Both the position numbers and the translations under genes were made by a program. Below, in pieces: positions 17,364-23,945 of a stretch of 24,127 nucleotides of DNA. The DNA comes from a virus. Lineage: Duplodnaviria > Caudoviricetes. The first letter of the stretch is position 1. Each line of letters starts with the position of its first letter. The notes under the pieces were generated by a model. The model saw only the letters and a program-made list of their open reading frames with translations, ran no database searches and was not told the origin of the DNA. Location: the IMG/VR virus record IMGVR_UViG_3300025502_000149, positions 1 through 24,127 of that record; one strand, given 5' to 3'.

Positions 17364-17440
17364 AACTTGTCTATAACTTACCTATAACTTACCTACGGAT
17401 TACCTACGGATTGCCTACGGATTGCCTATAACTTGCCTAC
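17364..17440. repeat. Seven tandem 11-bp degenerate repeats
   Basis: AACTTGTCTAT AACTTACCTAT AACTTACCTAC GGATTACCTAC GGATTGCCTAC GGATTGCCTAT AACTTGCCTAC. Confidence 0.92.
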
Positions 17441-17611
17441 GCGTAAAGCTTGAACACCGGGTAGGGGTAGGGGAAGCTATTGGATTGGAGTTATTCATAT
17501 CAGCTTATCGTAGGCTATCTAGTAACTCGATACGTTTATCCTTTAGGCCTGGCTAGGCTCGATAGGAGGGCGGTGTTAATTCCTCTGATATTATTATTCT
17601 AATTGTAACAT

Positions 17612-17740
17612 TTATAGTACCAATATCCAAAGTAAGACCATTATCATCATAGTAATTACCCTTGATTTCCTTGTATCCTTCATAAAAAATACATTCATGA
17701 CCATTAAGACCAGTATTGAAAAGTCTATTAGTATTTTCAT
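17612..17740 (-). CDS. Small membrane protein (42 aa, two hydrophobic segments)
   Basis: Translated by hand: MKILIDFSILVLMVMNVFFMKDTRKSRVITMMIMVLLWILVL. Confidence 0.5.
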   Translation of the reverse strand: MKILIDFSILVLMVMNVFFMKDTRKSRVITMMIMVLLWILVL

Positions 17741-17751
17741 AGTGTGAAATG

Positions 17752-17868
17752 TCATATCAAATTCTTTATCATCCTATCAATACACTTCAAGCAAATGTAT
17801 ATGCCCAGTAGTTTATGTGCTGGCTCGTGGTACTTTTCCTTTTTGCAGTATTGGCAGTTTTTAACCAT
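17752..17868 (-). CDS. Small C4 zinc-finger protein (38 aa)
   Basis: Translated by hand: MVKNCQYCKKEKYHEPAHKLLGIYICLKCIDRMIKNLI (CxxC-x17-CxxC); starts 4 nt after the upstream stop. Confidence 0.6.
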   Translation of the reverse strand: MVKNCQYCKKEKYHEPAHKLLGIYICLKCIDRMIKNLI

Positions 17869-17872
17869 CTTT

Positions 17873-18085
17873 TTAGTTATCTAAATCTACATCCAAGTTT
17901 AAAGGCACTTTCTTTTGTAATTCTATTCCCATCTCTATTGATTCCTTTGCATCTCTTACGAGTCTTTGTAGCAAATATGGTTCGGCGAGTAGCTCATTAC
18001 ATTCTTCTGAACCTATCGTAGCTTTAACATTAACGATTGAATCGCCTGCTTGGTCCGTTATTACTATGTATATTTCGTTTAACAT
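17873..18085 (-). CDS. Hypothetical protein (70 aa)
   Basis: ATG at 18085 just after the structured RNA stem is preferred to the TTG at 18091, which lies inside the stem. Confidence 0.55.
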   Translation of the reverse strand: MLNEIYIVITDQAGDSIVNVKATIGSEECNELLAEPYLLQRLVRDAKESIEMGIELQKKVPLNLDVDLDN

Positions 18086-18088
18086 ATT

Positions 18089-18228
18089 CAAGATACTAAG
18101 AGCTAAGGTCGGTACTAGGGTATGACCGATTGCTTAGCGAGGGAATTTAATCAAATTTTCGTTTTTTATATGCGTTGAGACCTACTGTGCTTAAATGCAC
18201 AAGAACAACCCTAGCTCTTAACATCCTG
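18089..18228 (-). ncRNA. Structured RNA/leader closed by a 23-bp stem
   Basis: 18228-18206 pairs fully with 18111-18089 and every non-Watson-Crick pair is G-U on the minus strand. Internal hairpins are present. It begins just after a TATAAT. Confidence 0.65.
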
Positions 18229-18235
18229 TATAACT

Positions 18236-18244
18236 ATTATAGCA
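18236..18244 (-). promoter_or_regulatory. Leftward extended -10 promoter TGCTATAAT
   Basis: TGn-TATAAT; the predicted start near 18229 coincides with the stem 5' end. Confidence 0.6.
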
Positions 18245-18268
18245 CTTGTGTATCATACGCATAGTAGT

Positions 18269-18313
18269 TTATCCACAGGTAGGTAATTACTTTTTATTTG
18301 AAAGTAGTATAAT
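18269..18313 (+). promoter_or_regulatory. DnaA box TTATCCACA plus rightward -10 TATAAT
   Basis: Box at 18269-18277, TATAAT at 18308-18313 (30-bp gap); weak -35. Confidence 0.6.
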
Positions 18314-18338
18314 ATCTTTGCTGGAAAAATAGTTTGCG

Positions 18339-18413
18339 TTTTGTGCATAGGATGGAATGGCGAAAGCTATGAGTTGTCGCAAACACTCATTCAATTCCGT
18401 TCTATGCACAGAA
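18339..18413 (+). ncRNA. Three-way-junction structured RNA in the leader of the replication gene
   Basis: 20-bp stem 18339-18358/18394-18413 with three G-U pairs encloses GGC-GAAA-GCU and AUGAGUUGU-CGCAA-ACACUCAU hairpins. Confidence 0.65.
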
Positions 18414-18452
18414 AAAGATAACAACAGCGATTATAAGTTAATCGTAAAACAA

Positions 18453-19226
18453 ATGGCTCAAAGAAGAATGACTAGCTTGGATGTGATAGATACAGATGCG
18501 TTTCTTGATATGCCACAAAGTTCTCAACTCTTGTACTTTCATTTGAACGCAAGAGCTGATGATGATGGTTTTGTGTCTAGTCCAAAAAGAATAGCAAGAA
18601 GTATTGGTTCACAAGATGACGATTTGAAATTATTATCAGCCAAAAAATTTATAATTCCTTTCACAGATGGCGTGTGTGTTATTAAGCATTGGAGGGTCAA
18701 TAATTTTATAAGAAAAGACATTTACAAAGAGACTCAATACCTCAATTTAAAGCAATCTTTATTCATCAGAAGTAATGGTTCTTATACAACCACAGATAAT
18801 GACCGTTCTGTCGAAATACCCAAAGGACACTTCACTTTGGAGAGCGTTGACGTTACGTTAACGTCTCGTCAACCTAGGTTAGGTAAGGTAAGGGAAGGGA
18901 AGGTAAGTATAGTAAAGGATAAGAAGAGCGATAAATCGCGGGTAAAGAACTTTAATGTTTTAGGAGCAGAAGTCATTAAAGCCTTTGAAGAAGTTGATGC
19001 TAAGAATAAAACATATTACGCAAACAAAACTCAAAGAGCTTGTGCAGACTTTCTTGTTGATGAGTATGGATTAGACAAAGTCCTTAAAGTTATAAAACTA
19101 ATTCCACAAACAAATGGAAAAGATTTTTATCCAAACATAACTTCTCCTTACGACCTAAAGGAAAAATGGATGAAACTAGCTAGTGCATTACAAAAAACCA
19201 AAAATAATCAAACAGTAATTTTATGA
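18453..19226 (+). CDS. Phage replication initiator / replisome organiser (257 aa)
   Basis: MAQRRMTSLDVIDTDAFLDMP...LLYFHLNARADDDGFV is the typical N-terminus, so the start is reassigned from 18357 to 18453. RLGKVREGKV linker; helical C-terminal domain. Confidence 0.85.
   Translation: MAQRRMTSLDVIDTDAFLDMPQSSQLLYFHLNARADDDGFVSSPKRIARSIGSQDDDLKLLSAKKFIIPFTDGVCVIKHWRVNNFIRKDIYKETQYLNLKQSLFIRSNGSYTTTDNDRSVEIPKGHFTLESVDVTLTSRQPRLGKVREGKVSIVKDKKSDKSRVKNFNVLGAEVIKAFEEVDAKNKTYYANKTQRACADFLVDEYGLDKVLKVIKLIPQTNGKDFYPNITSPYDLKEKWMKLASALQKTKNNQTVIL
18846..18919. repeat. Palindromes and 5-bp purine repeats inside the initiator gene (candidate origin)
   Basis: GTTGACG...CGTCAAC inverted repeat enclosing ACGTTAACGT, AACCTAGGTT palindrome, then nine degenerate 5-mers of the TAGGT/AAGGG type. 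Confidence 0.55.
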
Positions 19227-19636
19227 AGTATTTTTTCAAAGTTAAATTCGGTTTTGGAACACAAGACTATGTTTCCGTTGAAGGCTCTGAATTAGAGAAA
19301 GCTATTTACGCACAACTCAAAAGGGTTTCAGTTCGTTTAGGTAATTCTTTCGTGAACGGAAGTAATATAATTTCAATCACACCACTTCATCATAAATACA
19401 CAGGTTGGAATGAATCATACGAACCTAAAGAACCAGATGACTTTTTCCAAATAGAAAGAGATTGCCCAAATTTTGATGGTGTACTAGAAGCTTATACCGA
19501 CAGGGTGCGTGATTTGATTCAAACTGGAAAAGATAATTTGATTGGAACACTTGAACCTTTAGATATTAAACAAATTGAAGTTTCAAAAAGAAGTGATGAA
19601 GTACAAAGCATTTCAGACATATTAAAATTACAATAA
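19223..19636 (+). CDS. Hypothetical protein coupled to the initiator (137 aa)
   Basis: ATGA overlap with the initiator stop. Confidence 0.7.
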   Translation: MKYFFKVKFGFGTQDYVSVEGSELEKAIYAQLKRVSVRLGNSFVNGSNIISITPLHHKYTGWNESYEPKEPDDFFQIERDCPNFDGVLEAYTDRVRDLIQTGKDNLIGTLEPLDIKQIEVSKRSDEVQSISDILKLQ

Positions 19637-19767
19637 TGGAAAAAGAACCAATAGGACAAACAGAAAGTGAAAGAGAATATGCCGTTCAATGCCTTATAGA
19701 TTTAGGGCTAACGGAAGACGAAGCTATACGAGAAGCTGAAGATTATTATGACGAAAATTATTTGTAA
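19636..19767 (+). CDS. Small acidic protein (43 aa)
   Basis: TAATG overlap; MEKEPIGQTESEREYAVQCLIDLGLTEDEAIREAEDYYDENYL. Confidence 0.55.
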   Translation: MEKEPIGQTESEREYAVQCLIDLGLTEDEAIREAEDYYDENYL

Positions 19768-19812
19768 TTCGTTTATACGGCTGTATGTATAGTTTTATAT
19801 GTTGATGTGAAG

Positions 19813-19857
19813 TTATCCACAGGTGGTACTTGTACTCCTCTGTAGATGTGCTATTCT
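19813..19857 (+). promoter_or_regulatory. DnaA box plus promoter TTGTAC-N16-TATTCT (extended -10)
   Basis: TTATCCACA at 19813-19821, -35 at 19830-19835, -10 at 19852-19857 preceded by TGC. Confidence 0.65.
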
Positions 19858-19888
19858 TTAGATGTAAGAGTTTAATCAACAATTTTTT

Positions 19889-20050
19889 ATGAAAAAGCAC
19901 GAAATACTAGATACAGGAATATACTCCCATTATCCATACGAAATACACGAGAGCGTAAACCTAGAATCGGATAAGTATGATTGGTTGTGGGCGTTTGTAG
20001 CGATACCTCTCGGATACTTTTTAGCAGTTGCGATAATGTTAATTAAATAA
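19889..20050 (+). CDS. Small protein with C-terminal transmembrane segment (53 aa)
   Basis: MKKHEILDTG...DWLWAFVAIPLGYFLAVAIMLIK; first ORF after the promoter. Confidence 0.55.
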   Translation: MKKHEILDTGIYSHYPYEIHESVNLESDKYDWLWAFVAIPLGYFLAVAIMLIK

Positions 20051-20051
20051 T

Positions 20052-20219
20052 ATGAACTTAATTTTTACAGCAAAAGATTGGAGAAATGAGCTTGGATACA
20101 AGCTGAAAGTAAAGTCAGACTCAAAAGAAAACTATGTGCCAATGACAAGACAAGTTGAATACGCAGTTTCAGACGGAAATGGTTGCATTGATTTTGAAAG
20201 AGATTTTATAACTAAATAA
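20052..20219 (+). CDS. Hypothetical protein (55 aa)
   Basis: MNLIFTAKDWRNELG...DFERDFITK; 1-nt and 4-nt gaps to neighbours. Confidence 0.55.
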   Translation: MNLIFTAKDWRNELGYKLKVKSDSKENYVPMTRQVEYAVSDGNGCIDFERDFITK

Positions 20220-20223
20220 AACT

Positions 20224-20931
20224 ATGCTTAAAGAAATAAAAACAAAACTTCCAACACTTGCCGAGCTATACGGAAATGTTGAAGCGGTAAACAAACAGAA
20301 TAAACTAAACCTTATTCTAAACGCAGAACCAAAAAAGGAATGGATTAAACAACACCCTTTCGTTAAAAATCTAAACTACCTCCCTATCGAGCGTGTTGAG
20401 TATCTTCTAACTGTTATCTTTTCAAAATGGCGTGTTGAGGTTAAAGAAGTTAAGTTGCTCGCAAACAGTATTGTTACAACAGTGCGAGTTCATGTGAAAG
20501 ACCCTTTGACAGGAGAATGGGATTATCAAGACGGAATCGGTGCTATGCCAATTCAAATATCAAAAGACGCAGGAAGTGCGATTGCTTTTGAAAAAATGAA
20601 TACTTCGGCTATTCAGATTGGTGCTCCTGCTTCTGAAAGTTTCGCAATCAAAGACGCTTGTGAAAAGTTCGGGCGTATCTTCGGAAAAGATTTGAACCGA
20701 AAAGACAACATAAGCTACGACAGAATTTACGCCATGATTGACGGAGCAGAAACTTCTAACAATCCTAGTATCTCCGAAGAATTGCGAAAGGAGGTAAACG
20801 ATTGTAAGAACGAAAATGAATTGAAAGCGATATGGGACAAAAACAAGGGACTTGGAAAAGAGTTCAGTAAATTGATTGCAGACCATAAGGATTTCTTACA
20901 AAAGGTTAGACATGAAGAAGAAAATGCGTAA
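20224..20931 (+). CDS. Rad52/Sak-like single-strand annealing protein (235 aa)
   Basis: YLPIERVEYLLTVIF, DGIG and ASESFAIKDACEKFGRIFGKDL motifs; upstream of the exonuclease. Confidence 0.7.
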   Translation: MLKEIKTKLPTLAELYGNVEAVNKQNKLNLILNAEPKKEWIKQHPFVKNLNYLPIERVEYLLTVIFSKWRVEVKEVKLLANSIVTTVRVHVKDPLTGEWDYQDGIGAMPIQISKDAGSAIAFEKMNTSAIQIGAPASESFAIKDACEKFGRIFGKDLNRKDNISYDRIYAMIDGAETSNNPSISEELRKEVNDCKNENELKAIWDKNKGLGKEFSKLIADHKDFLQKVRHEEENA

Positions 20932-21538
20932 AATCCACACTGAAATAGTGCAAGGCACACCTGAATGGCACGCATTACGCTTAAAATACCCACTGACGGC
21001 TTCTAAAGCTCAAGCAATAGGAAATCAAGGCTCGGGGCTTGAAACCCTCGTATACGAGCGTTTAAGTGCCAAATACAGCAAGTATGATGATGAGAAGTAT
21101 TCAAACAAAGACTTAGAGCGTGGAAAAGAGCTAGAACCACAAGCCAGAGCGTTATATGAGCTTGAAACAGGTAACGAGGTGGAGGAGATAGGCTTTGTAA
21201 CTGATGATGAGATTTCAAAAGTCGGTGGAATTTCGCCTGATGGAGCTATCATCGGACAAAATGGTGGAGTTGAGATTAAATGCTTTGAAGATAAAAAACA
21301 TTTCAGATTATCTTTAGAGCAAGACTTCGCCATTGAGAGCGTTTATGTATGGCAAATGCAACAACAAATGCTGTTTATGGGATGGGACTTCGTGGACTTC
21401 GTTGCATTTAATCCAAATTATCAGCGTTCACTACTCATAAAAAGGGTAATGAAAGACGAGGTAATGCAGAAAAAAATAAAGAAGGGGTTGGTGATGGGGG
21501 AGAAACTTATTAAAGAAATAGAAACTAAATTAAAATAA
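20924..21538 (+). CDS. YqaJ/lambda-exonuclease family nuclease (204 aa)
   Basis: QGTPEWHALR, TAS, RGKELEPQAR, SPDG, EIKC, WQMQQQM; start reassigned to ATG 20924. Confidence 0.9.
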   Translation: MRKIHTEIVQGTPEWHALRLKYPLTASKAQAIGNQGSGLETLVYERLSAKYSKYDDEKYSNKDLERGKELEPQARALYELETGNEVEEIGFVTDDEISKVGGISPDGAIIGQNGGVEIKCFEDKKHFRLSLEQDFAIESVYVWQMQQQMLFMGWDFVDFVAFNPNYQRSLLIKRVMKDEVMQKKIKKGLVMGEKLIKEIETKLK

Positions 21539-21540
21539 TT

Positions 21541-21864
21541 ATGGAAAAACAAGAAAAAATATTTATCAGTGGAATGTACTTTAATTTACCAAGTGAAAAA
21601 GCACCTGATTTTGTAAAGGGACAAATATCAATCGAGATACCAGAGTTCCTAGCGTTCCTTTCAAAGCAAGGATTGAATAATAAAATTAGAATTGACCTTA
21701 AAGTTTCAAAAGCTGGAAAAGGTTATGCAGAACTTAGTACATGGAAACCTGAAAAGCCTGACTTTATGAAAAAAGAAGAAGTTAATGCCCCTGAAGAAGA
21801 TATATCAAAAGATATTAACCCAAACGACATAGACTTAGGTGCAGAGGAGACCTTGCCTTTTTAA
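21541..21864 (+). CDS. Probable single-stranded DNA-binding protein (107 aa)
   Basis: KAPDFVKGQISI core and acidic tail ending EETLPF; follows annealase and exonuclease. Confidence 0.6.
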   Translation: MEKQEKIFISGMYFNLPSEKAPDFVKGQISIEIPEFLAFLSKQGLNNKIRIDLKVSKAGKGYAELSTWKPEKPDFMKKEEVNAPEEDISKDINPNDIDLGAEETLPF

Positions 21865-21867
21865 ACC

Positions 21868-22389
21868 ATGAGACCAGTACCATTAAAAATCCATAGACGA
21901 GATAAAGGAATACGCTTTGAGATTTCTGAATACTGGCAAACCATGTTGAGCAAGTTATTGACCGACAATGGCAACGACCCGATAAACTCTCACATAATTC
22001 CTTTGGCTACCGATAGTCGCAATCAACGGGGTTTCTTTCATGGTGGATTGATACCTTTACAAATCGCACTTGACGGAAACGATTACAAAGATAGCAAGGT
22101 GTGTGCGTTTTACTTTGATACTTTTATGGAAGAAATGTTTCCAGAAGTAATTAAAAGAAACGGAAAGATTTGTGTGATGGGTAAAAGTTCAAAAGGAATA
22201 CTTAAAAGAGTAACTGATGCGTTTATAACTTATCTTGTGGAGGATTACGGAATGGAATACACATCAGAAGTTTTAGACCCTCAAAACTATAAAGATTGGC
22301 GTGATAAGTATTCTATGACAATAGAATATGAAGACTACTTTGAATATGCGAAATCTATGAAGTGGTTAGAGTTTAGTAGATTAAACTAA
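21868..22389 (+). CDS. Hypothetical protein, possibly NinB-like (173 aa)
   Basis: SRNQRGFFHG motif and position in the recombination module; weak assignment. Confidence 0.4.
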   Translation: MRPVPLKIHRRDKGIRFEISEYWQTMLSKLLTDNGNDPINSHIIPLATDSRNQRGFFHGGLIPLQIALDGNDYKDSKVCAFYFDTFMEEMFPEVIKRNGKICVMGKSSKGILKRVTDAFITYLVEDYGMEYTSEVLDPQNYKDWRDKYSMTIEYEDYFEYAKSMKWLEFSRLN

Positions 22390-22395
22390 AGTGTT

Positions 22396-22608
22396 ATGAC
22401 TCAAAAAAAAATAATAATTGAAAAATTAAACAAGGAAAGAAAGATAGATAACTTCTACTGCGTAGACAACAAAATAACCTTAAGACTTGGAAGTTATATC
22501 AATATGTTAAAGAACGAAGGGTGGCAATTCGACAGAAAATATATCGATGGTACAAAAAACTTTCAGTACACAGTTATTAAAAAACCTGAATTAACATTGT
22601 TCCAGTGA
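22396..22608 (+). CDS. Small winged helix-turn-helix protein (70 aa)
   Basis: TQKKIIIEKL...RLGSYINMLKNEGWQF...Y pattern. Confidence 0.6.
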   Translation: MTQKKIIIEKLNKERKIDNFYCVDNKITLRLGSYINMLKNEGWQFDRKYIDGTKNFQYTVIKKPELTLFQ

Positions 22609-23000
22609 AAAAAACAAAACTAAAAAAGGTCAGCAAACAACCTATATCAAAAATCCAACGGCAGATATGGGTTGAATGTAAAAGAATTATCAGAGCAAAG
22701 TATAGGAACACTTGTTATACCTGTGGCAGAAAAGGTTTAGAAGGCTCTAATTGGCACACTGGACATATGTTAGCAAAAGTTTCTTTATCAGCTTACTTGA
22801 AATATGACCTGCGAATACTACGCCCTCAATGTTATTTTTGTAACATAAATTGTGGTGGTCGTGGTGCAGAGTTTATTGATAATATGCGTAGAATTGAAGG
22901 TGATAAATATGTTGATGAGATATTGAAAGATAAACAGAAAACAATTAAAGCATATGACCATTATGTACTGCTACTTATTCAATACAAGAATATAAAATAG
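22605..23000 (+). CDS. NinG/Rap-like HNH-type nuclease (131 aa)
   Basis: CYTCG...HTGH...RPQCYFCNINCGG; GTGA overlap. Confidence 0.8.
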   Translation: MKKTKLKKVSKQPISKIQRQIWVECKRIIRAKYRNTCYTCGRKGLEGSNWHTGHMLAKVSLSAYLKYDLRILRPQCYFCNINCGGRGAEFIDNMRRIEGDKYVDEILKDKQKTIKAYDHYVLLLIQYKNIK

Positions 23001-23045
23001 TTATCCACAGGTGGCACTTGTACACATTAAAATATAATATATAAT
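23001..23045 (+). promoter_or_regulatory. DnaA box plus promoter TTGTAC-N16-TATAAT (leaderless)
   Basis: TTATCCACA at 23001-23009, -35 at 23018-23023, -10 at 23040-23045, ATG at 23052. Confidence 0.7.
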
Positions 23046-23051
23046 ATAGTT

Positions 23052-23276
23052 ATGGACAAACAAATTAACAAACTTATTCCACAAAGAATAAAAGTAAAAA
23101 ACAACACAGTTGTTGCGTTGAAAAATGAAATTAAAATTGAAAAGAAAATCTCATCAAGAACGATTAGTTACGACAGCGTGGTAAACAGAGGACTGGACTT
23201 TATTGTTGGTATGCGACAGTTACAAAGAAAAGAGCCCGAATTATACAAAGAAGTGGTTAACCTAATTTTCAAATAA
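23052..23276 (+). CDS. Possible ribbon-helix-helix DNA-binding protein (74 aa)
   Basis: IKVKNNTVVALK...SYDSVVNRGLD resembles the RHH pattern. Confidence 0.45.
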   Translation: MDKQINKLIPQRIKVKNNTVVALKNEIKIEKKISSRTISYDSVVNRGLDFIVGMRQLQRKEPELYKEVVNLIFK

Positions 23277-23320
23277 ATAGCAAGACTTATAAAGCGGTGT
23301 TACTAGATAAATAAAAATAT

Positions 23321-23602
23321 ATGACCACACAAGAACAAAAAGATGAAGCATTGAAAGCCTACAGAGCAATCAATGACTCAGCATGGAAAGCCTACAGAGC
23401 AATTAGAGACCCAGCATGGAAAGCCTACGAAGCAATCAATGACCCAGCATATAAAGCCTACGAAGCAATCAGTATCCCAGCATTGGAAGCCTACGAAGCA
23501 ATCAGTAACCCAGCATATAAAGCCTATCAAGCAAAAATGAAAGAAATAGAAGCTACAGAAGGTATTATTGAAATCAAGGGTGTAAAGTATAAAAAAATAT
23601 GA
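23321..23602 (+). CDS. 11-residue repeat protein (93 aa)
   Basis: A(W/Y/L)(K/E)AY(R/E)AIxx(P/S) repeats. Confidence 0.75.
   Translation: MTTQEQKDEALKAYRAINDSAWKAYRAIRDPAWKAYEAINDPAYKAYEAISIPALEAYEAISNPAYKAYQAKMKEIEATEGIIEIKGVKYKKI
23348..23533 (+). repeat. 33-bp coding tandem repeat, about 5.6 copies
   Basis: Units start at 23348, 23381, 23414, 23447, 23480 and 23513 (GCA...GCCTAC...GCAAT...CA). Confidence 0.9.
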
Positions 23603-23898
23603 CCTACACAGAAAAAAGATTTGAAGATTATTTAGAGACAATATGCTTTGAAGCTAATCCAAGCGTACTAGATGATGATATGCCCGACTTCTTTGACTCT
23701 TGGCTAGGAAGTCAAGATGTAGAGGATATGGGTGGAGGAGGAGTAGCAGGAACAGGAGGGGCTGGAGGCGCAGGAACAGGAGGGGCTGGAGGCGCAGGAA
23801 CAGGAGGGGCTGGAGGCGCAGGAACAGGAGGGGCTGGAGGCGCATGGTTCGTGTGGGAAAAGGGTTATGTCGGAAAGCCCTCAATAGAATGGATATAG
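23599..23898 (+). CDS. Hypothetical acidic protein, apparently interrupted by a Gly-Ala-Thr repeat (99 aa as read)
   Basis: ATGA overlap; FEDYLE...DDDMPDFFDSWL N-terminus, then an abrupt switch to (GTGGAGGA)4. Confidence 0.5.
   Translation: MTYTEKRFEDYLETICFEANPSVLDDDMPDFFDSWLGSQDVEDMGGGGVAGTGGAGGAGTGGAGGAGTGGAGGAGTGGAGGAWFVWEKGYVGKPSIEWI
23746..23844 (+). repeat. Perfect 24-bp tandem repeat x4
   Basis: GCAGGAACAGGAGGGGCTGGAGGC four times plus GCA; 17/24 GC. Confidence 0.95.
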
Positions 23899-23945
23899 TC
23901 CTCTCCTCCCTAGAGAAAGAGATTAACCCTAAAGAATAAAGATAT

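Noticed and set aside
17364-17440. 11-bp array as a mini-CRISPR
   Set aside because: Units are too short and there are no spacers.
18089-18413. Structured elements as tRNAs
   Set aside because: There is no T-loop GTTCRA, no 7-nt anticodon-loop arrangement and no CCA end; the closing stems are much longer than an acceptor stem.
18357-18452. 32-aa N-terminal extension of the initiator given by the ORF track
   Set aside because: It overlaps the structured RNA, and the family-typical N-terminus begins at MAQRRM (18453).
20876-20923. Upstream start for the exonuclease
   Set aside because: It requires a long overlap with the annealase; ATG 20924 gives a normal short overlap and typical N-terminus.
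23348-23844. 33-bp and 24-bp repeats as a CRISPR array
   Set aside because: Units are contiguous without unique spacers, lengths are multiples of three inside ORFs, and no cas genes are present.
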